The notes beneath the pieces are model-generated. The model made no database searches, was not told the DNA's origin, and worked only from the letters and a program-made list of their open reading frames with translations. A stretch of DNA of 64,000 nt, from NCBI GenBank assembly GCA_963762145.1, contig CAVXJS010000021.1, forward strand, positions 320,001 to 384,000. Reading direction: 5' to 3'. Origin of the DNA: an uncultured Candidatus Rokubacteria bacterium. GTDB lineage: Bacteria; Methylomirabilota; Methylomirabilia; Rokubacteriales; CSP1-6. The position numbers were made by a program, and so were the translations under genes. The stretch's first letter is position 1. Every line of letters starts with the position of its first letter. Positions 1 through 16,435 of this stretch are shown in pieces.

Positions 1-3851
<3,851 letters not shown>

Positions 3852-3864
3852 TCTATGAATCTCC

Positions 3865-6800
3865 TTACGACGGCTTCTTGCCGTCCTTCGGGATGAGCTC
3901 CACGTCCAGCGCCAAGCTCTGCAGCTCCTTCACGAGCACGTTGAAGGACTCCGGCGTGCCCGGCTCCAGGAAGTTCTCTCCCTTCACGATGGCCTCGTAG
4001 ATCCGGTTCCGTCCTTCCACGTCGTCCGACTTGACGGTCAGCATCTCCTGCAGGGTGTGGGCGGCGCCGTAGGCTTCCAGCGCCCAGACCTCCATCTCGC
4101 CGAATCGCTGGCCGCCGAACTGGGCCTTGCCGCCCAGGGGCTGCTGCGTGACCAGCGAGTAGGGGCCGATGGAGCGAGCGTGCATCTTGTCGTCGACCAG
4201 GTGGGCCAGCTTGAGCATGTAGATGTAGCCCACCGTGACTTCCTGGTGGAACGACTTCCCGGTGCGCCCGTCGAAGAGCAGGGTCTTGCCGGTCGACGGC
4301 AGGCCCGCGTCACCCAGGTGGGTGCGGATCTCTTCCTCGGTGGCCCCGTCGAAGACCGGGCTCGCCACCCAGAGCCCCAGGGCCCGGGCCGCCCAGCCGA
4401 GATGGGTCTCGAGGATCTGCCCCACGTTCATCCGGGACGGCACCCCGAGCGGGTTCAGCACGATCTCCACCGGCGTGCCGTCGGGGAGGTACGGCATGTC
4501 CTCCTGGGGCAGGATGCGCGAGACCACGCCCTTGTTGCCGTGGCGGCCCGCCATCTTGTCGCCCACCGAGAGCTTCCGCTTCACCGCCACGTAGACCTTC
4601 ACCATCTTGATCACGCCCGGCGGCAAGTCGTCGCCGCGGCGCAGCCGGCCCACGCGCTCCTCCAGCATCCGGTCGAAGAACGCGATCTGGTCGTCGGCGA
4701 GGTCCTCGATCTTTTTCACCGTGACCGTCAGGCCCTCGTCCTCCTTGATCTTGATCTTCTTCAGCTCGTGCCAGGACAGGTTGTCCATGTCCGGGCGGTC
4801 GATCTTGTCGCCCTTCTTGGTGAGCCGCTCCTTGGTGGTCGGGTCGATCAGGTCGCCGACCAGGGTCTTGCCGAACAGCAGGTTCTTGAGCTTCTGGTCG
4901 CGCTCCATCTCGACCATGGCGATCTCGTCCTGGTAGTCCTTCTCCAGGCCCGCGATCTCCTCGTCCTCGATCGACTTGGCGCGGTCGTCCTTGTCCACCC
5001 CGCGACGGGAGAACACCTTCACGTCCACCACCGTGCCCTCGATGCCCGGGGGCACCGTCAGCGAGGTGTCGCGCACGTCGCCCGCCTTCTCGCCGAAGAT
5101 CGCGCGCAGCAGCTTCTCTTCCGGGGTGAGCTGGGTCTCGCCCTTCGGGGTGATCTTGCCGACGAGGATGTCGCCGGCCTTCACCTTGGCCCCGATCCGC
5201 ACGATGCCCGACTCGTCGAGGTCCTTGAGGGCCTCTTCCGAGACGTTGGGAATGTCGCGGGTGACCTCTTCCTTACCCAGCTTGGTGTCGCGGGCCTGGA
5301 CCTCGAACTCCTCGATGTGGATCGAGGTATAGCGGTCGTCCTTGACCAGGCGCTCCGAGACCAGGATCGCGTCCTCGAAGTTGTACCCGCCCCACGGCAT
5401 GAAGGCCACCAGCACGTTGCGGCCCAGGGCCAGCTCCCCCTGGTCGGTGGCCGGCCCGTCGCCGATCACGTCGCCCGCCTTCACCCGATCCCCCTTGCCC
5501 ACGATCGGGCGCTGGTTGATGCAGGTGTTCTGGTTCGAGCGGCGATACTTGGTCAGGTTGTAGATGTCGAGCGGCAGGTCCTGGACCGGATCCGCCTTCT
5601 TGGAGCGCGTCTCCGCCCGCACCACGATGCGGTTGGCCGAGACGTACTCGACCACTCCCGGGCGGCGGGCCAGCACCACCGCGCCCGAGTCGCGGGCCAC
5701 GATGTGCTCCATGCCGGTGCCGACCAGCGGCGCCTCCGGCTGCAGCAGCGGGACCGCCTGCCGCTGCATGTTGGCGCCCATGAGGGCCCGGTTGGCGTCG
5801 TCGTTCTCGAGGAACGGCACCATCGCCGCCGCCACCGAGACGAGCTGCTTGGGCGAGATGTCGATGAAGTGGATCTCGTCCGGCGCCACCATCTTGTACT
5901 CGCCGCCCTTCCGGGCCGAGACCCGGTCCTGCATGAAGCGGCCCTGCTCGTTCATCGACGCGTTGGCCTGCGCGATGACGTAGCGCTCTTCCTCGAGCGC
6001 GGTGAGGTACACCGGATCGCCGGGCAGCACGCTGCCCTTCTCGACCTTCCGATAGGGCGTCTCGATGAAACCAAATTCATTGATGCGCGCGTAGGTGCTG
6101 AGCGAGCTGATCAGGCCGATGTTCGGGCCTTCCGGCGTCTCGATCGGACAGATGCGCCCGTAGTGGGTCGGGTGCACGTCGCGCACCTCGAACCCGGCGC
6201 GCTCCCGCGACAGGCCGCGCGGGCCCAGGGCGGAGAGCCGGCGCTTGTGGGTCAGCTCGGCCAGGGGGTTCGTCTGGTCCATGAACTGGCTGAGCTGGGA
6301 GGAGCCGAAGAACTCCTTCACCACCGCCGAGACCGGCTTGGCGTTGATGAGGTCGTGCGGCATCAGGTTGGTGATGTCGGAGATCGACATCCGCTCCTTG
6401 ACCGCGCGCTCCATGCGGGTGAGACCGACGCGGAACTGGTTCTCGAGCAGCTCGCCCACCGAGCGGACGCGCCGGTTGCCGAGGTGGTCGATGTCGTCGG
6501 TCGGCTTGCTCCCGAGCTTGACCTGGAACAGGTGCCGTATCACGTAGACCACGTCCTCGCTGCGGAGGGTCTTGATGTTGAGGTTGGCCCCGATGCCGAG
6601 CTTCTTGTTGATCATGAAGCGGCCGACGCGGGCCAGGTCGTAGCGGCGCGGATCGATGAACATGCCGCGGAACAGCGCGCGGGCCGACTCCACGGTGGGC
6701 GGATCGCCGGGGCGCAGCCGCCGGTAGATCTCCACCAGGGCCTCGTCCGGATTCTTGAAGTGGTCGCGCGAGAGCGTCTCGTACAGCGAGCCGTCCGTCT

Positions 6801-7872
6801 TGCCCGGCACCATCGCGAGCAGCTTGAAGGGGGCCACCCGGCGCCCCATGATCTGGGCCAGGAGCGTGGCGGTGATCTCCTGGTTCGTCTCGACCAGGAC
6901 CTCGCCGGTCTCCGCGTCCACCACCCGCCCGCCGGTCCGGCGGCCCACCAGCGACTCCGCCTTGACCGGGATCTTGGTGATGCCGGCCTCGACGAGCTTC
7001 TCGATGATCTTCGGGTTCAGGGTCTTGCCCGCCTGGACGATCGCTTCCTTGGCGCGGGGCGCCTTGACGTCGTCGCCGACCTTGGCCCCGTTGTGGACCT
7101 CGGGGGAGAGCTTCACCCAGGCCATCCGGTCCTCGAAGGAGAGCACCTCCTCCGCCTCGTAGAACTGGCCGAGGATCTCCTCGTCGGAGAGGATCACGCC
7201 CTTCTCGAGGAACCAGAACGCGCGCAGGAACGCGGTGGCGAGCATCTTGCGCCGCCGGTCCACCCGCACGTAGAGGATGTCGTTGGCGTCGAACTCGAAC
7301 TCCACCCACGAGCCGCGGTAGGGGATCACCCGGGCCGAGAACAGCAGCTTGCCCGAGGCGACCGTCTTGCCCTTGTCGTCGTCGAAGAACACGCCCGCGG
7401 AGCGCTGGAGCTGCGAGACCACCACCCGCTCGGTGCCGTTGATGATGAAGGTGCCCTTCTCGGTCATGAGCGGCAGCTCGCCGAGATACACCTCCTGCTC
7501 CCGCACCTCGCGCACGGTCTGGGTCTTGGCTTCCTTGTCGTTGTCGATGACCTTGAGCCGCAGCGTCACCTTCAGGGGGATCGCGAAGGTCATGCCCCGG
7601 TCGTGGCACTCCTCGACCGTGTACTTGGGATCGCCGAAGTGGTAGCTGTGGAACTCGAGCATGGCGTTCCCGTTGTAGTCCTGGATCGGGAACACCGACT
7701 TGAAGACCGCCTGCAGTCCCGTCTCGTCGCGCCGCTCGGGCGCGATCTCCTTCTGGAGAAACTGCTCGTAGGACTGCTGCTGGATCTCGATGAGATTCGG
7801 AATCTCGACGATGGACGGGATCTTGCCGAAGTCCTTGCGGACCCGGCGCCCGCACTCGATGTTGTGCGCCAT
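3865..7872 (-). CDS. rpoB: DNA-directed RNA polymerase beta subunit
   Basis: [23 protein letters not shown] and [11 protein letters not shown] motifs. Likely start is the ATG at 7872 (MAHNIEC) after a GGAGG SD. Confidence 0.98.
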   Translation of the reverse strand: MAHNIECGRRVRKDFGKIPSIVEIPNLIEIQQQSYEQFLQKEIAPERRDETGLQAVFKSVFPIQDYNGNAMLEFHSYHFGDPKYTVEECHDRGMTFAIPLKVTLRLKVIDNDKEAKTQTVREVREQEVYLGELPLMTEKGTFIINGTERVVVSQLQRSAGVFFDDDKGKTVASGKLLFSARVIPYRGSWVEFEFDANDILYVRVDRRRKMLATAFLRAFWFLEKGVILSDEEILGQFYEAEEVLSFEDRMAWVKLSPEVHNGAKVGDDVKAPRAKEAIVQAGKTLNPKIIEKLVEAGITKIPVKAESLVGRRTGGRVVDAETGEVLVETNQEITATLLAQIMGRRVAPFKLLAMVPGKTDGSLYETLSRDHFKNPDEALVEIYRRLRPGDPPTVESARALFRGMFIDPRRYDLARVGRFMINKKLGIGANLNIKTLRSEDVVYVIRHLFQVKLGSKPTDDIDHLGNRRVRSVGELLENQFRVGLTRMERAVKERMSISDITNLMPHDLINAKPVSAVVKEFFGSSQLSQFMDQTNPLAELTHKRRLSALGPRGLSRERAGFEVRDVHPTHYGRICPIETPEGPNIGLISSLSTYARINEFGFIETPYRKVEKGSVLPGDPVYLTALEEERYVIAQANASMNEQGRFMQDRVSARKGGEYKMVAPDEIHFIDISPKQLVSVAAAMVPFLENDDANRALMGANMQRQAVPLLQPEAPLVGTGMEHIVARDSGAVVLARRPGVVEYVSANRIVVRAETRSKKADPVQDLPLDIYNLTKYRRSNQNTCINQRPIVGKGDRVKAGDVIGDGPATDQGELALGRNVLVAFMPWGGYNFEDAILVSERLVKDDRYTSIHIEEFEVQARDTKLGKEEVTRDIPNVSEEALKDLDESGIVRIGAKVKAGDILVGKITPKGETQLTPEEKLLRAIFGEKAGDVRDTSLTVPPGIEGTVVDVKVFSRRGVDKDDRAKSIEDEEIAGLEKDYQDEIAMVEMERDQKLKNLLFGKTLVGDLIDPTTKERLTKKGDKIDRPDMDNLSWHELKKIKIKEDEGLTVTVKKIEDLADDQIAFFDRMLEERVGRLRRGDDLPPGVIKMVKVYVAVKRKLSVGDKMAGRHGNKGVVSRILPQEDMPYLPDGTPVEIVLNPLGVPSRMNVGQILETHLGWAARALGLWVASPVFDGATEEEIRTHLGDAGLPSTGKTLLFDGRTGKSFHQEVTVGYIYMLKLAHLVDDKMHARSIGPYSLVTQQPLGGKAQFGGQRFGEMEVWALEAYGAAHTLQEMLTVKSDDVEGRNRIYEAIVKGENFLEPGTPESFNVLVKELQSLALDVELIPKDGKKPS

Positions 7873-7975
7873 ACACCCTCCGCGCCCCGTTTGCCGCAGG
7901 GCTGGGTTCGACCCGCCGCCGTCACGCACTCCGGGGAGTCCGGAGCCGCGCCCAGCGGCGACACGTTGGTGTCAA

Positions 7976-8000
7976 CGGGGAACCGGACACCGATTCCCCG
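7976..8000 (-). terminator. Stem-loop between rplL and rpoB (attenuator or partial terminator candidate)
   Basis: CGGGGAATCGG-TGT-CCGGTTCCCCG, an 11-bp stem with one G-U pair and only a short U tail. Confidence 0.45.
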
Positions 8001-8024
8001 GTCTGAGTCACTCCGCCGCGGAGG

Positions 8025-8408
8025 TTATTTGACTTCCACCGTCGCGCCGACCTCCTCGAGCTTCTTCTTCATGTCCGCCGCTTCCGCCTTGCTCACCTTC
8101 TCCTTCACCGCCTTGGGCGCTCCATCCACCAGGTCCTTGGCTTCCTTCAGCCCGAGACCGGTCAGCTCGCGCACGACCTTGATGACCTGGATCTTCTTCT
8201 CGCCCGCCGCGTTGAGCATCAGATCGAACTCGGTCTTCTCCTCGGCCGCCGCACCCGCCGCCGCGCCGCCCGCCGCCGGAGCGGCCACCGCCACCGCCGC
8301 CGCCGCCGACACGCCCCACTTCTCCTGCAGCAGCTTCGAAAGCTGGGCCGCCTCCAACAGCGTCAGCGTGTCCAGCTTCTCCGCGATCTCGTCGATATTC
8401 GCCGCCAT
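8025..8408 (-). CDS. rplL: 50S ribosomal protein L7/L12
   Basis: EEKTEFD...[23 protein letters not shown]. Confidence 0.98.
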   Translation of the reverse strand: MAANIDEIAEKLDTLTLLEAAQLSKLLQEKWGVSAAAAVAVAAPAAGGAAAGAAAEEKTEFDLMLNAAGEKKIQVIKVVRELTGLGLKEAKDLVDGAPKAVKEKVSKAEAADMKKKLEEVGATVEVK

Positions 8409-8460
8409 CTCGCCTGCCTCCTGTGAATGCTACGTCGTGGTTGACTACGACCCGGTCGGC

Positions 8461-8979
8461 CTACTGAGCGGCGCTCTGGCTCCGCGCCTCGAGAACCCGG
8501 ACCAGCTCCCGCTGGGGAGCGGTCAGCAGCGATACCAATTGCGACGCCGGCCCCTGCAGCGCCCCCACCAGCTGGCTCCGCAGCGCTTCCTTCGACGGGA
8601 GGTCGGCCAGCGCCTTCAACTCCGCGGGCTGGACCAGCTTGCCCTCGACGAAGCCCACCTTGATGGTGAGGAGCGGGTTCGCCCGCACGAAGTTCTGGAG
8701 CGCCTTTGCCACCGGCACCGGATCCTTCGTGGTGAACACGAGCCCGGTGGGGCCCTTGAAGTGGCTGTCCAGGGGCCCCAGGTCCGTATCCTTCACGGCC
8801 AGCCGCGCCAGCCGGTTCTTCACCACCTTGTATTCGGCCGCCGCCGCCTTGAGCTGCTTGCGCAGGTCGGCGAGCTGGCGGACGGTGAGGCCGCGGTACT
8901 CGGTGAGGACCGCGGTCTTGGCGGTCCCCAGACGCTCCCGCAGGGCCGCGACGCTTTGCGCCTTCTCTTGAGTGGGCAC
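8461..8979 (-). CDS. rplJ: 50S ribosomal protein L10
   Basis: EYRGLTV...LRKQL...YKVVKNRL...LADLPSKE; synteny. Confidence 0.97.
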   Translation of the reverse strand: MPTQEKAQSVAALRERLGTAKTAVLTEYRGLTVRQLADLRKQLKAAAAEYKVVKNRLARLAVKDTDLGPLDSHFKGPTGLVFTTKDPVPVAKALQNFVRANPLLTIKVGFVEGKLVQPAELKALADLPSKEALRSQLVGALQGPASQLVSLLTAPQRELVRVLEARSQSAAQ

Positions 8980-8989
8980 TCGCGGCTCC

Positions 8990-9703
8990 CTATAGCGCCT
9001 TCTTGAACAGGTTCGCCACCCGCTGCGGATCGAGGTGGATCCCCGGCCCCATGGTGGACGACAGCGTGACCGAGCGCAGGTACTGGCCCTTGGCCGCGGC
9101 GGGCTTGGCCCGCACGATGGCCTCGAGCAGCGCCAGCGCGTTCGCGATCAGGTGGGGCTCCTGGAACGACTTCTTCCCGACCGGCACGTGCACGTTGCCC
9201 GCCTTGTCCACGCGGAACTCGACCTTGCCCGCCTTCACCTCGCGCACCGCCCGCGCCACGTCGAAGGTCACGGTGCCGAGCTTCGGGTTCGGCATGAGGC
9301 CGCGCGGCCCCAGCACCTTGCCGAGCCGGCCCACCTGGCCCATGAGATCGGGGGTGGCGATCGTCGAGTCGAAGTCCATGAAGCCGCCCTGGATCTTCTC
9401 GACCAGGTCCTCGGCGCCGACCACGTCGGCCCCCGCATCCCGCGCCTCCCGATCCTTCTCGCCCTTGGCGAAGACCGCGACCCGCACCGCCTTGCCGATG
9501 CCGTGGGGCAGCACGATCGCGCCCCGCACCATCTGGTCGGCGTGCTTGGGATCGACCCCGAGCCGGAGGGACATGTCCACCGACTCGTCGAACTTGGCGT
9601 TGGGCAGCTTCTTGAGGATGCCGAACGCCTCCTCGACCGAGTAGTCCTTCTCCCGGTCGAAGATCGACTCGGCCGCCTTCAGCTTCTTGCTCGTCGCTGG
9701 CAT
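8990..9703 (-). CDS. rplA: 50S ribosomal protein L1
   Basis: [38 protein letters not shown]. Confidence 0.98.
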   Translation of the reverse strand: MPATSKKLKAAESIFDREKDYSVEEAFGILKKLPNAKFDESVDMSLRLGVDPKHADQMVRGAIVLPHGIGKAVRVAVFAKGEKDREARDAGADVVGAEDLVEKIQGGFMDFDSTIATPDLMGQVGRLGKVLGPRGLMPNPKLGTVTFDVARAVREVKAGKVEFRVDKAGNVHVPVGKKSFQEPHLIANALALLEAIVRAKPAAAKGQYLRSVTLSSTMGPGIHLDPQRVANLFKKAL

Positions 9704-9792
9704 CTTGGGCTCCCGTGTCCTGCTTCGTCCTGCCGTTCGTTCTGCCGGCTGCCGATCCGCTGATAACCGTTTACTTCTTCAAGCTCTTCAGC

Positions 9793-9855
9793 TGCGGGGG
9801 CCCCGAAATGGCCCCCGCACTCCCCCCGGCCGCGGACGACCGTTCGCGGCTTTGC
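9793..9855. repeat. REP-like double hairpin in the rplK-rplA spacer
   Basis: TGCGGGGGCC-ccgaaat-GGCCCCCGCA (10-bp stem) plus GCCGCG-gacgaccgtt-CGCGGC. GGCCGCGGACGACC recurs at 60301-60314. Confidence 0.5.
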
Positions 9856-9869
9856 TTTCGTGCCCTGCC

Positions 9870-10292
9870 CTAGACGACTTCGATCCCCATGCTGCGGGCG
9901 GTGCCTTCGATGGTGCGCATCGCGGACTCAATGGAGTCCGTGTTCAGGTCCACCAGCTTGGTCTGGGCGATCTCGCGCACCTGGGCGCGCGTCACCTTGC
10001 CGATCTTGTCCTTGTGAGGGATCGCGGAGGCCTTCGCGATGCCCGCCGCGCGCTTGAGCAGCACCGGCGCCGGCGGCGTCTTGACCACGAAGGTGAACGA
10101 GCGGTCCTGGTAGATCGTGACCACCACCGGCAGGATGAGGCCTTCCTGGGAGCTCGTCTGGGCGTTGAAGCCCTTGCAGAACTCCATGATGTTGACGCCG
10201 TGCTGGCCGAGGGCGGGACCCACCGGGGGCGACGGGTTGGCCTTGCCGGCCGTGATCTGCAGCTTCACCATCGCCTGGACTTTCTTCGCCAT
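9870..10292 (-). CDS. rplK: 50S ribosomal protein L11
   Basis: [26 protein letters not shown]; GTARSMGI. Confidence 0.98.
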   Translation of the reverse strand: MAKKVQAMVKLQITAGKANPSPPVGPALGQHGVNIMEFCKGFNAQTSSQEGLILPVVVTIYQDRSFTFVVKTPPAPVLLKRAAGIAKASAIPHKDKIGKVTRAQVREIAQTKLVDLNTDSIESAMRTIEGTARSMGIEVV

Positions 10293-10293
10293 G

Positions 10294-10842
10294 CTAGAGC
10301 CTCTCCACCTGGTAGTACTCGAGCTCGACGGGGGTGAGCCGCCCGAAGATGGCCACCATGACCTTGAGCTTGCCGCGCTCCGGATTCAAGTCGTCGATCG
10401 CGCCCTGGAAGTTCACGAACGGCCCCTCGATGACCCGCACCTTGTCCCCCTTCTGGAAGGTGGACTTGAGCTTGGGCTTCTCGGCGCCCTCCTCCATCTG
10501 CCGCAGGATGCCCTCGACCTCCTCCGGAGGCAGGGCCACCGGCTTGCTGCCCGATCCGACGAATCCGGTGACCTTGGGAGTGGAGCGGACGAGATGCCAG
10601 GTGTCGTCCGTGAGCTCCATCTCCACCAGGAGGTAGCCCGGGAAGAACTTCTGCTCGGTCTCGATCTTCTTGCTCTTGCGGATCTCCCGCACCTTCTCGG
10701 TCGGCACGATCACGCGCCCGATCATGTCCTGCAGCCCGAAGATCTTGGCGCGAGACTCGATGCCGGACGCCACCTTGTTCTCGAACCCCGAGTAGGTGTG
10801 GACGACGAACCACTGCTTCGCGGTGGTACCCGTCTCGCTCAT
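10294..10842 (-). CDS. nusG: Transcription termination/antitermination factor NusG
   Basis: [27 protein letters not shown] motif [11 protein letters not shown]. Confidence 0.98.
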   Translation of the reverse strand: MSETGTTAKQWFVVHTYSGFENKVASGIESRAKIFGLQDMIGRVIVPTEKVREIRKSKKIETEQKFFPGYLLVEMELTDDTWHLVRSTPKVTGFVGSGSKPVALPPEEVEGILRQMEEGAEKPKLKSTFQKGDKVRVIEGPFVNFQGAIDDLNPERGKLKVMVAIFGRLTPVELEYYQVERL

Positions 10843-11030
10843 TTCAGAATGACCTCCACCAGGCGCGACAGGCCCACGTCGACCGCGCCCAGATACATCG
10901 CGAGGACGAACACCACGACCAGCACCACCATCGTGGACGCCGCCACGTCGTTACGACTGGGCCAATTCACTCGCCGAAATTCCGCCGCCACTTCCTGGAA
11001 AAACTCCTTCACCCGCTTCAAGAAATCCAT
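10839..11030 (-). CDS. secE: Preprotein translocase subunit SecE
   Basis: EFRRVNWPSR motif plus one TM helix, directly upstream of nusG. Confidence 0.95.
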   Translation of the reverse strand: MDFLKRVKEFFQEVAAEFRRVNWPSRNDVAASTMVVLVVVFVLAMYLGAVDVGLSRLVEVILK

Positions 11031-11050
11031 TCGCTCACGATCTCGCAGTC

Positions 11051-11127
11051 TGGCAGGCGTGGAGGGATTCGAACCCCCATCCCCCGGATTTGGAGTCCGG
11101 TGCTCTAGCCGTTAGAGCTACACGCCT
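11051..11127 (-). tRNA. tRNA-Trp (CCA)
   Basis: AGGCGTG acceptor, anticodon arm CCGGA-CTCCAAA-TCCGG, GTTCGAATC T-loop, encoded CCA end. Confidence 0.97.
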
Positions 11128-11139
11128 CCGAACCGTCCG

Positions 11140-11289
11140 CTACTTCGATTCCTTGTGCACGAAGTGCTTCCGGCACCACTTGCAAAACTTCTTGATCTCC
11201 ATCCGGTCGGGATGCGTCCGCCGGTTCTTGGTCGTCGAATAGTTGCGTCGCTGGCAGTTGGTGCACGCGAGGGAGATGATGTCGCGCAT
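11140..11289 (-). CDS. rpmG: 50S ribosomal protein L33 (Zn-ribbon C+ form)
   Basis: Manual translation MRDIISLACTNCQRRNYSTTKNRRTHPDRMEIKKFCKWCRKHFVHKESK (49 aa; not in the ORF track). Confidence 0.96.
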   Translation of the reverse strand: MRDIISLACTNCQRRNYSTTKNRRTHPDRMEIKKFCKWCRKHFVHKESK

Positions 11290-11292
11290 GAC

Positions 11293-12489
<1,197 letters not shown>

Positions 12490-12527
12490 CCGGGGGACCT
12501 CCTCGTAACCTTACCGGTCGCGGTTGA

Positions 12528-12603
12528 TGGAGCCCATGTCCGGGATTGAACCGGAGACCTCGTCCTTACCAAGGACGCGCTCTGCCGACTGAGCTACATG
12601 GGC
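12528..12603 (-). tRNA. tRNA-Thr (GGT)
   Basis: GCCCATGTAGCTCAG...CTTGGTAAG...GGTTCAATCC...CCA. Confidence 0.97.
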
Positions 12604-12665
12604 CTGAACGCTACATGGGGCCTGAATGCCGAGCCTCGTCCTGTGCGCGATCCCAGGGACACGGG

Positions 12666-12740
12666 TGGAGCGGGAAACGGGATTCGAACCCGCGACCCCC
12701 AGCTTGGAAGGCTGGCGCTCTACCGCTGAGCTATTCCCGC
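12666..12740 (-). tRNA. tRNA-Gly (TCC)
   Basis: GCGGGAATAGCTCAG...CTTCCAA...GTTCGAATC...CCA. Confidence 0.97.
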
Positions 12741-12785
12741 CCGTGGTCCTGCCGCGCTCGATATCAGTCACAATTGCAAAAGTGG

Positions 12786-12871
12786 TGGTGGGGAGAGGAG
12801 GATTTGAACCTCCGAAGGCGTTCGCCAGCAGATTTACAGTCTGCCCCCTTTGGCCACTTGGGTATCTCCCC
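12786..12871 (-). tRNA. tRNA-Tyr (GTA)
   Basis: GGGGAGATACCCAAGTGG...CTGTAAA..., long variable arm, CCA end. Confidence 0.97.
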
Positions 12872-12905
12872 GGTTACACGCCTGATCGTAACCCCTTGAT
12901 AGTAC

Positions 12906-12981
12906 TGGCGCTGGCGGGAGGATTCGAACCCCCGACCCACTGCTTACAAGGCAGTTGCTCTACCACCTGAGCTACGCCAGC
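12906..12981 (-). tRNA. tRNA-Thr (TGT)
   Basis: GCTGGCGTAGCTCAG...CTTGTAA...GTTCGAATC...CCA; classical thrU-tyrU-glyT-thrT-tuf order. Confidence 0.97.
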
Positions 12982-12995
12982 AGTCGCAAACCCTC

Positions 12996-13024
12996 ACTTT
13001 AGGTTTGGGGCCCCATCAAGTCAA
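12996..13024 (-). promoter_or_regulatory. Sigma70-type promoter of the tRNA-tuf operon
   Basis: TTGACT-17 nt-TAAAGT, 14 nt upstream of tRNA-Thr(TGT). Confidence 0.75.
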
Positions 13025-13821
13025 GGGTTTTCTGTCAAGTCCTTTGTTGCCGCTCCGCTGGCGGAGAACCTCGTAACACAGGACGGCCGCCGCGGCCGAA
13101 ACGTTCAGCGATTCGAGCCGACCGCGCATCGGGAGACTCGCCACGAAGTCGCAGCTCTTGGCCACGAGCGGCCGGAGGCCCTCCCCTCCCCGCCCAGGAC
13201 CAGGCAGATCGGACCGGTCAAGTCCAGCTCCCACGGGAGCTTCCCGCCCGTCGGGACCGCTCCCACCGTCCACACGCCTTCTTTCTTGAGTACTTCCAGC
13301 GCATTGACCAGGTTCGTTTCACGGGCGACCGGAATCAGCTCGGCGGCTCCCATTGCGGACTTCGCCGCCGCTCCCGTCAGGCCCGCGGCGTGATGCTTGG
13401 GCACGATGACCCCGTGGGCTCCGGTGGCCTCCGCGGTGCGGAGCACCGCCCCGAGGTTCCGGGGATCCTGCACCTGGTCCAGGGCCAGGAAGAACGCTGG
13501 CTGCCCGCGCTCCCCCGGGATCTCGAGCAGATCGGCGAGCGCCGCGTAGCTGGCGCCCGCGACCCGAGCCACCACCCCCTGGTGGTGGACGTCGCCCGCC
13601 ATCGCGGTGAGCTGGTCGCGGGTGCGGTAGGAGATCTTCACGCCCTGCCGCTTGGCGAGCCCGAGCAGCTCGTGCAGGGCGGGGCCGCGGCCCTCCGAGA
13701 TGATCGCGATCTCCTCCACCCGCCGGCTCCCCGAACGCAGCAGCTCGAGCACCGGGTTGCGGCCGAAGAGCGGCGGGCTGTCGTCCGGGGGGCTCTGCCG
13801 GGGAGGCATGTCGCGCGTCAC
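13016..13821 (-). CDS. rlmB: 23S rRNA Gm2251 methyltransferase RlmB (SPOUT family); one apparent frameshift near 13185
   Basis: LDQVQDPRNLGAVLRTAE in one frame; GEGEGLRPLV...LPMRGRLESLNVSAAAAV in another. Confidence 0.9.
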
Positions 13822-15250
13822 GACGTGAGCTTCCAGGTCGTCCCGTCCCGGGTGTCCTCGATGGTCACGCCCAGACGGCCCAGCTCATCCCGGAGCCGGT
13901 CCGCCTCCGCGAAGTCGCGCTGCCGCCGCGCCTCCTGCCGCAGGTACACGATCGACTCGATCCGCGCCTTGAGCTGCGGGTCGACGGCGGCCTCCTTGCG
14001 CACGCCCTCGAGGAGCCCCAGCACTCGCGCCAGCGACCACCAGCTCGCCCACCCCCAGCAGGAACGCGCCCGCCCCGATGGCGCCCTGCGCGACCTGCTC
14101 CCGCGCCCCGTGCAGCACCCGGGCGAGGTCGAAGAGCACGCCCAGCGCCTGCGGGGCGTTGAAGTCGTCGTCCATCGCCGCCTCGAAGCGCGCGCGGTGC
14201 GCTGCCACGTCCTCGAGCAGGCCGCCGTCGGGGCCGGGCGCGGGAGTGCCCCGGCCGGCCATGCGCTCCGCCTCCGTCACGAGCGCGCGCAGCCGGGCCA
14301 GCGCCTCGCGCCGACTCGGCGATGCGCTCCTCGGCGAAGTCGAGCGGGTGGCGGTAGTGCGCGCCGAGCAGGTAGAGGCGCATGGCGTCGGGCTCGTGGC
14401 GCTTGACCAGCTCGCGGATCGTCAGCGTATTGCCCAGCGACTTCGACATCTTCTCGGTGCCGAGGTTGAGCAGCCCATTGTGCATCCAGCACCGCACGAA
14501 GGGCTTGCCGGTCGCGCCCTCCGCCTGGGCGATCTCGCACTCGTGGTGCGGGAAGATCAGGTCCTCGCCGCCCCCGTGCAGGTCGAACGTCTCGCCCAGG
14601 TACTGGATGGCCATGGCCGAGCACTCGATGTGCCAGCCGGGCCGACCCGGTCCCCACGGGCTCGGCCACGACGGCTCGCCGGGCTTGGCGCCCTTCCAGA
14701 GGGCGAAGTCCCGCGGGTCGCGCTTGCGCTCGTCGATCTCGACGCGGGCGCCCGAGACCAGCTCGTCGAGATTCTTGCCCGACAGCCGCCCATAGGCGGG
14801 AAACCGGCGCGACCTCGAAGTAGACGTCGCCGTCGACGGGATAGGCGAGGCCCTTGGCGACCAGGCGCTCGATGAGCGCGACCATCTGCGGGATGTGATC
14901 GGTCGCCTTCGAGTACACGTCGGGGGCGAGGACGCCGATGCGCGGCCATGTCCTCGCGCTCCGCGGCCACGTAGCGCTCGGAGATCTCCTGGCGCCGTCA
15001 CGCCCTCGCGCTGGGCGCGCTGGATGATCTTGTCGTCGACGTCGGTGAAGTTCCGGACGAACTTCACCTGGTAGCCGCGGAAGAGCAGGTAGCGGCGGAT
15101 CATGTCGAAGGCGAGAGCGCTGCGCGCGTGGCCCACGTGGGAGTAGTCGTACACCGTGACGCCGCAGACGTAGATCCCGACGCGTCCCGGCGTGAGGGGA
15201 ACGAACTCCTCCTTCTTGCGCGTCAGCGTGTTGTAGATCCGCAGGGCCAC
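13818..15250 (-). CDS. cysS: Cysteine--tRNA ligase; several apparent frameshifts
   Basis: YVCGVTVYDYSHVGHAR, GRPGWHIECSAM, KMSKSLGN, AMDDDFNAP and DFAEADRLRDEL spread over 3-4 frames. Confidence 0.92.
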
Positions 15251-15266
15251 CCCCGCCTCCTTTCGC

Positions 15267-15749
15267 TCAGGGCACTTCGACCGCGACCACCGCCATCGAC
15301 GCGATGCCCTCCTCGCGGCCGAGGAGGCCAAGGTGCTCCGGGCTCTTGGCCTTCACGCTGATCCGGTCCGGTCCGAGGCCCATGGTCGAGGCGAGCTGCT
15401 TGGCCATCTCGGGCAGGAAGGCGGCCAGGCGCGGCGCCTGGCAGATCACCGTGACATCGACATTGACCACGCGAGCTCCCTTGGCGGCGATCAGGTCCAT
15501 CACCGACTGCAGCAGACCCAGACTCGAGGCTCCTTTGTAGCGCGGATCGGTGTCCGGGAACAGCCGTCCGAGGTCCCCCAGCGCCAGCGAGCCGAGCAGC
15601 GCCTCGCAGACCGCGTGCGTGAGCACGTCGGCGTCGGAATGCCCGCCCAGACCGCGCGCGGCGGGCACCGTCACGCCTCCCAGCACCAGCGGCCTCCCCT
15701 CGACCAGGGGATGCAGGTCGAAGCCCAGCCCGGATCGGGTCTCCGTCAT
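15267..15749 (-). CDS. ispF: 2-C-methyl-D-erythritol 2,4-cyclodiphosphate synthase
   Basis: GFDLH, GHSDADVLTHA, GDLGRLFPDTD. Confidence 0.96.
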   Translation of the reverse strand: MTETRSGLGFDLHPLVEGRPLVLGGVTVPAARGLGGHSDADVLTHAVCEALLGSLALGDLGRLFPDTDPRYKGASSLGLLQSVMDLIAAKGARVVNVDVTVICQAPRLAAFLPEMAKQLASTMGLGPDRISVKAKSPEHLGLLGREEGIASMAVVAVEVP

Positions 15750-16435
15750 GCCCGGCGGCGGGGCGCGACCCAGGCTCGGGCCGTCTGGAGATCCTCCGGT
15801 GTCGTGATCTTGAGGTTCTGCCCGAGCCCCGCCACCATGGCCACGGTCACACCCATCCGCTCCACGAGCACCGCGTCGTCCGTCCCCGCGAAGCCGTCCC
15901 GTCGCGCCTTGTCGTGGGCCTCCCAGAGTAGCGCGCGTGTAAAGGCCTGCGGGGTCTGGGTGAGCCAGAGTCCCTGCCGTGGAATGGTGGCCTCGATCTC
16001 GCCGCGGTCACCCACCCGCTTCACGGTCTCCCGCACCGGAATCCCGCAGGTGGCCGCGCCGCCCGACGCCGCGGCGGCCAGCACCCGCGCCACCAGCGCC
16101 GCGTCGATGAAGGGGCGAACCGCGTCGTGCACCAGCACGTGCTCGGCGAGGTCGGGTACCCGCTGGAGCGCCCGCCACACCGACTCCTGCCGGTCGGCGC
16201 CGCCGGCCACCACGTCGAGGATCCGGGGCACGCGCAGCCGCGCCAGGACCCGGCGCGTCTCCGTCACGTGCGCCTCCGGCACCGCCACCACGATGCCCGC
16301 GATGCCCCGCGCCCGGGCCAACGCCCTCAGGGTCGCGACGAGGATCGGCACGCGACCCAGACGGAGATATTGCTTGGGCCGGCGGGAGCCCATGCGCGTG
16401 CCCAGGCCTCCCGCCGGCACGATGGCGTAGGTCAC
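15746..16435 (-). CDS. ispD: 2-C-methyl-D-erythritol 4-phosphate cytidylyltransferase
   Basis: AIVPAGGLGTRMG..PKQY, GGADRQESV, HDAVRPF, NLKITTPEDL. GTG start overlaps the upstream stop. Confidence 0.95.
   Translation of the reverse strand: MTYAIVPAGGLGTRMGSRRPKQYLRLGRVPILVATLRALARARGIAGIVVAVPEAHVTETRRVLARLRVPRILDVVAGGADRQESVWRALQRVPDLAEHVLVHDAVRPFIDAALVARVLAAAASGGAATCGIPVRETVKRVGDRGEIEATIPRQGLWLTQTPQAFTRALLWEAHDKARRDGFAGTDDAVLVERMGVTVAMVAGLGQNLKITTPEDLQTARAWVAPRRRA

Noticed and set aside
12906-12912. G discriminator base in tRNA-Thr(TGT)
   Set aside because: The tRNA is otherwise canonical, and the discriminator is not a strong identity element for E. coli-type ThrRS.
13818-15250. cysS and rlmB as pseudogenes or programmed frameshifts
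   Set aside because: cysS is essential, the indels are many and clustered, and I see no consistent slippery sites. Assembly error is far more likely.
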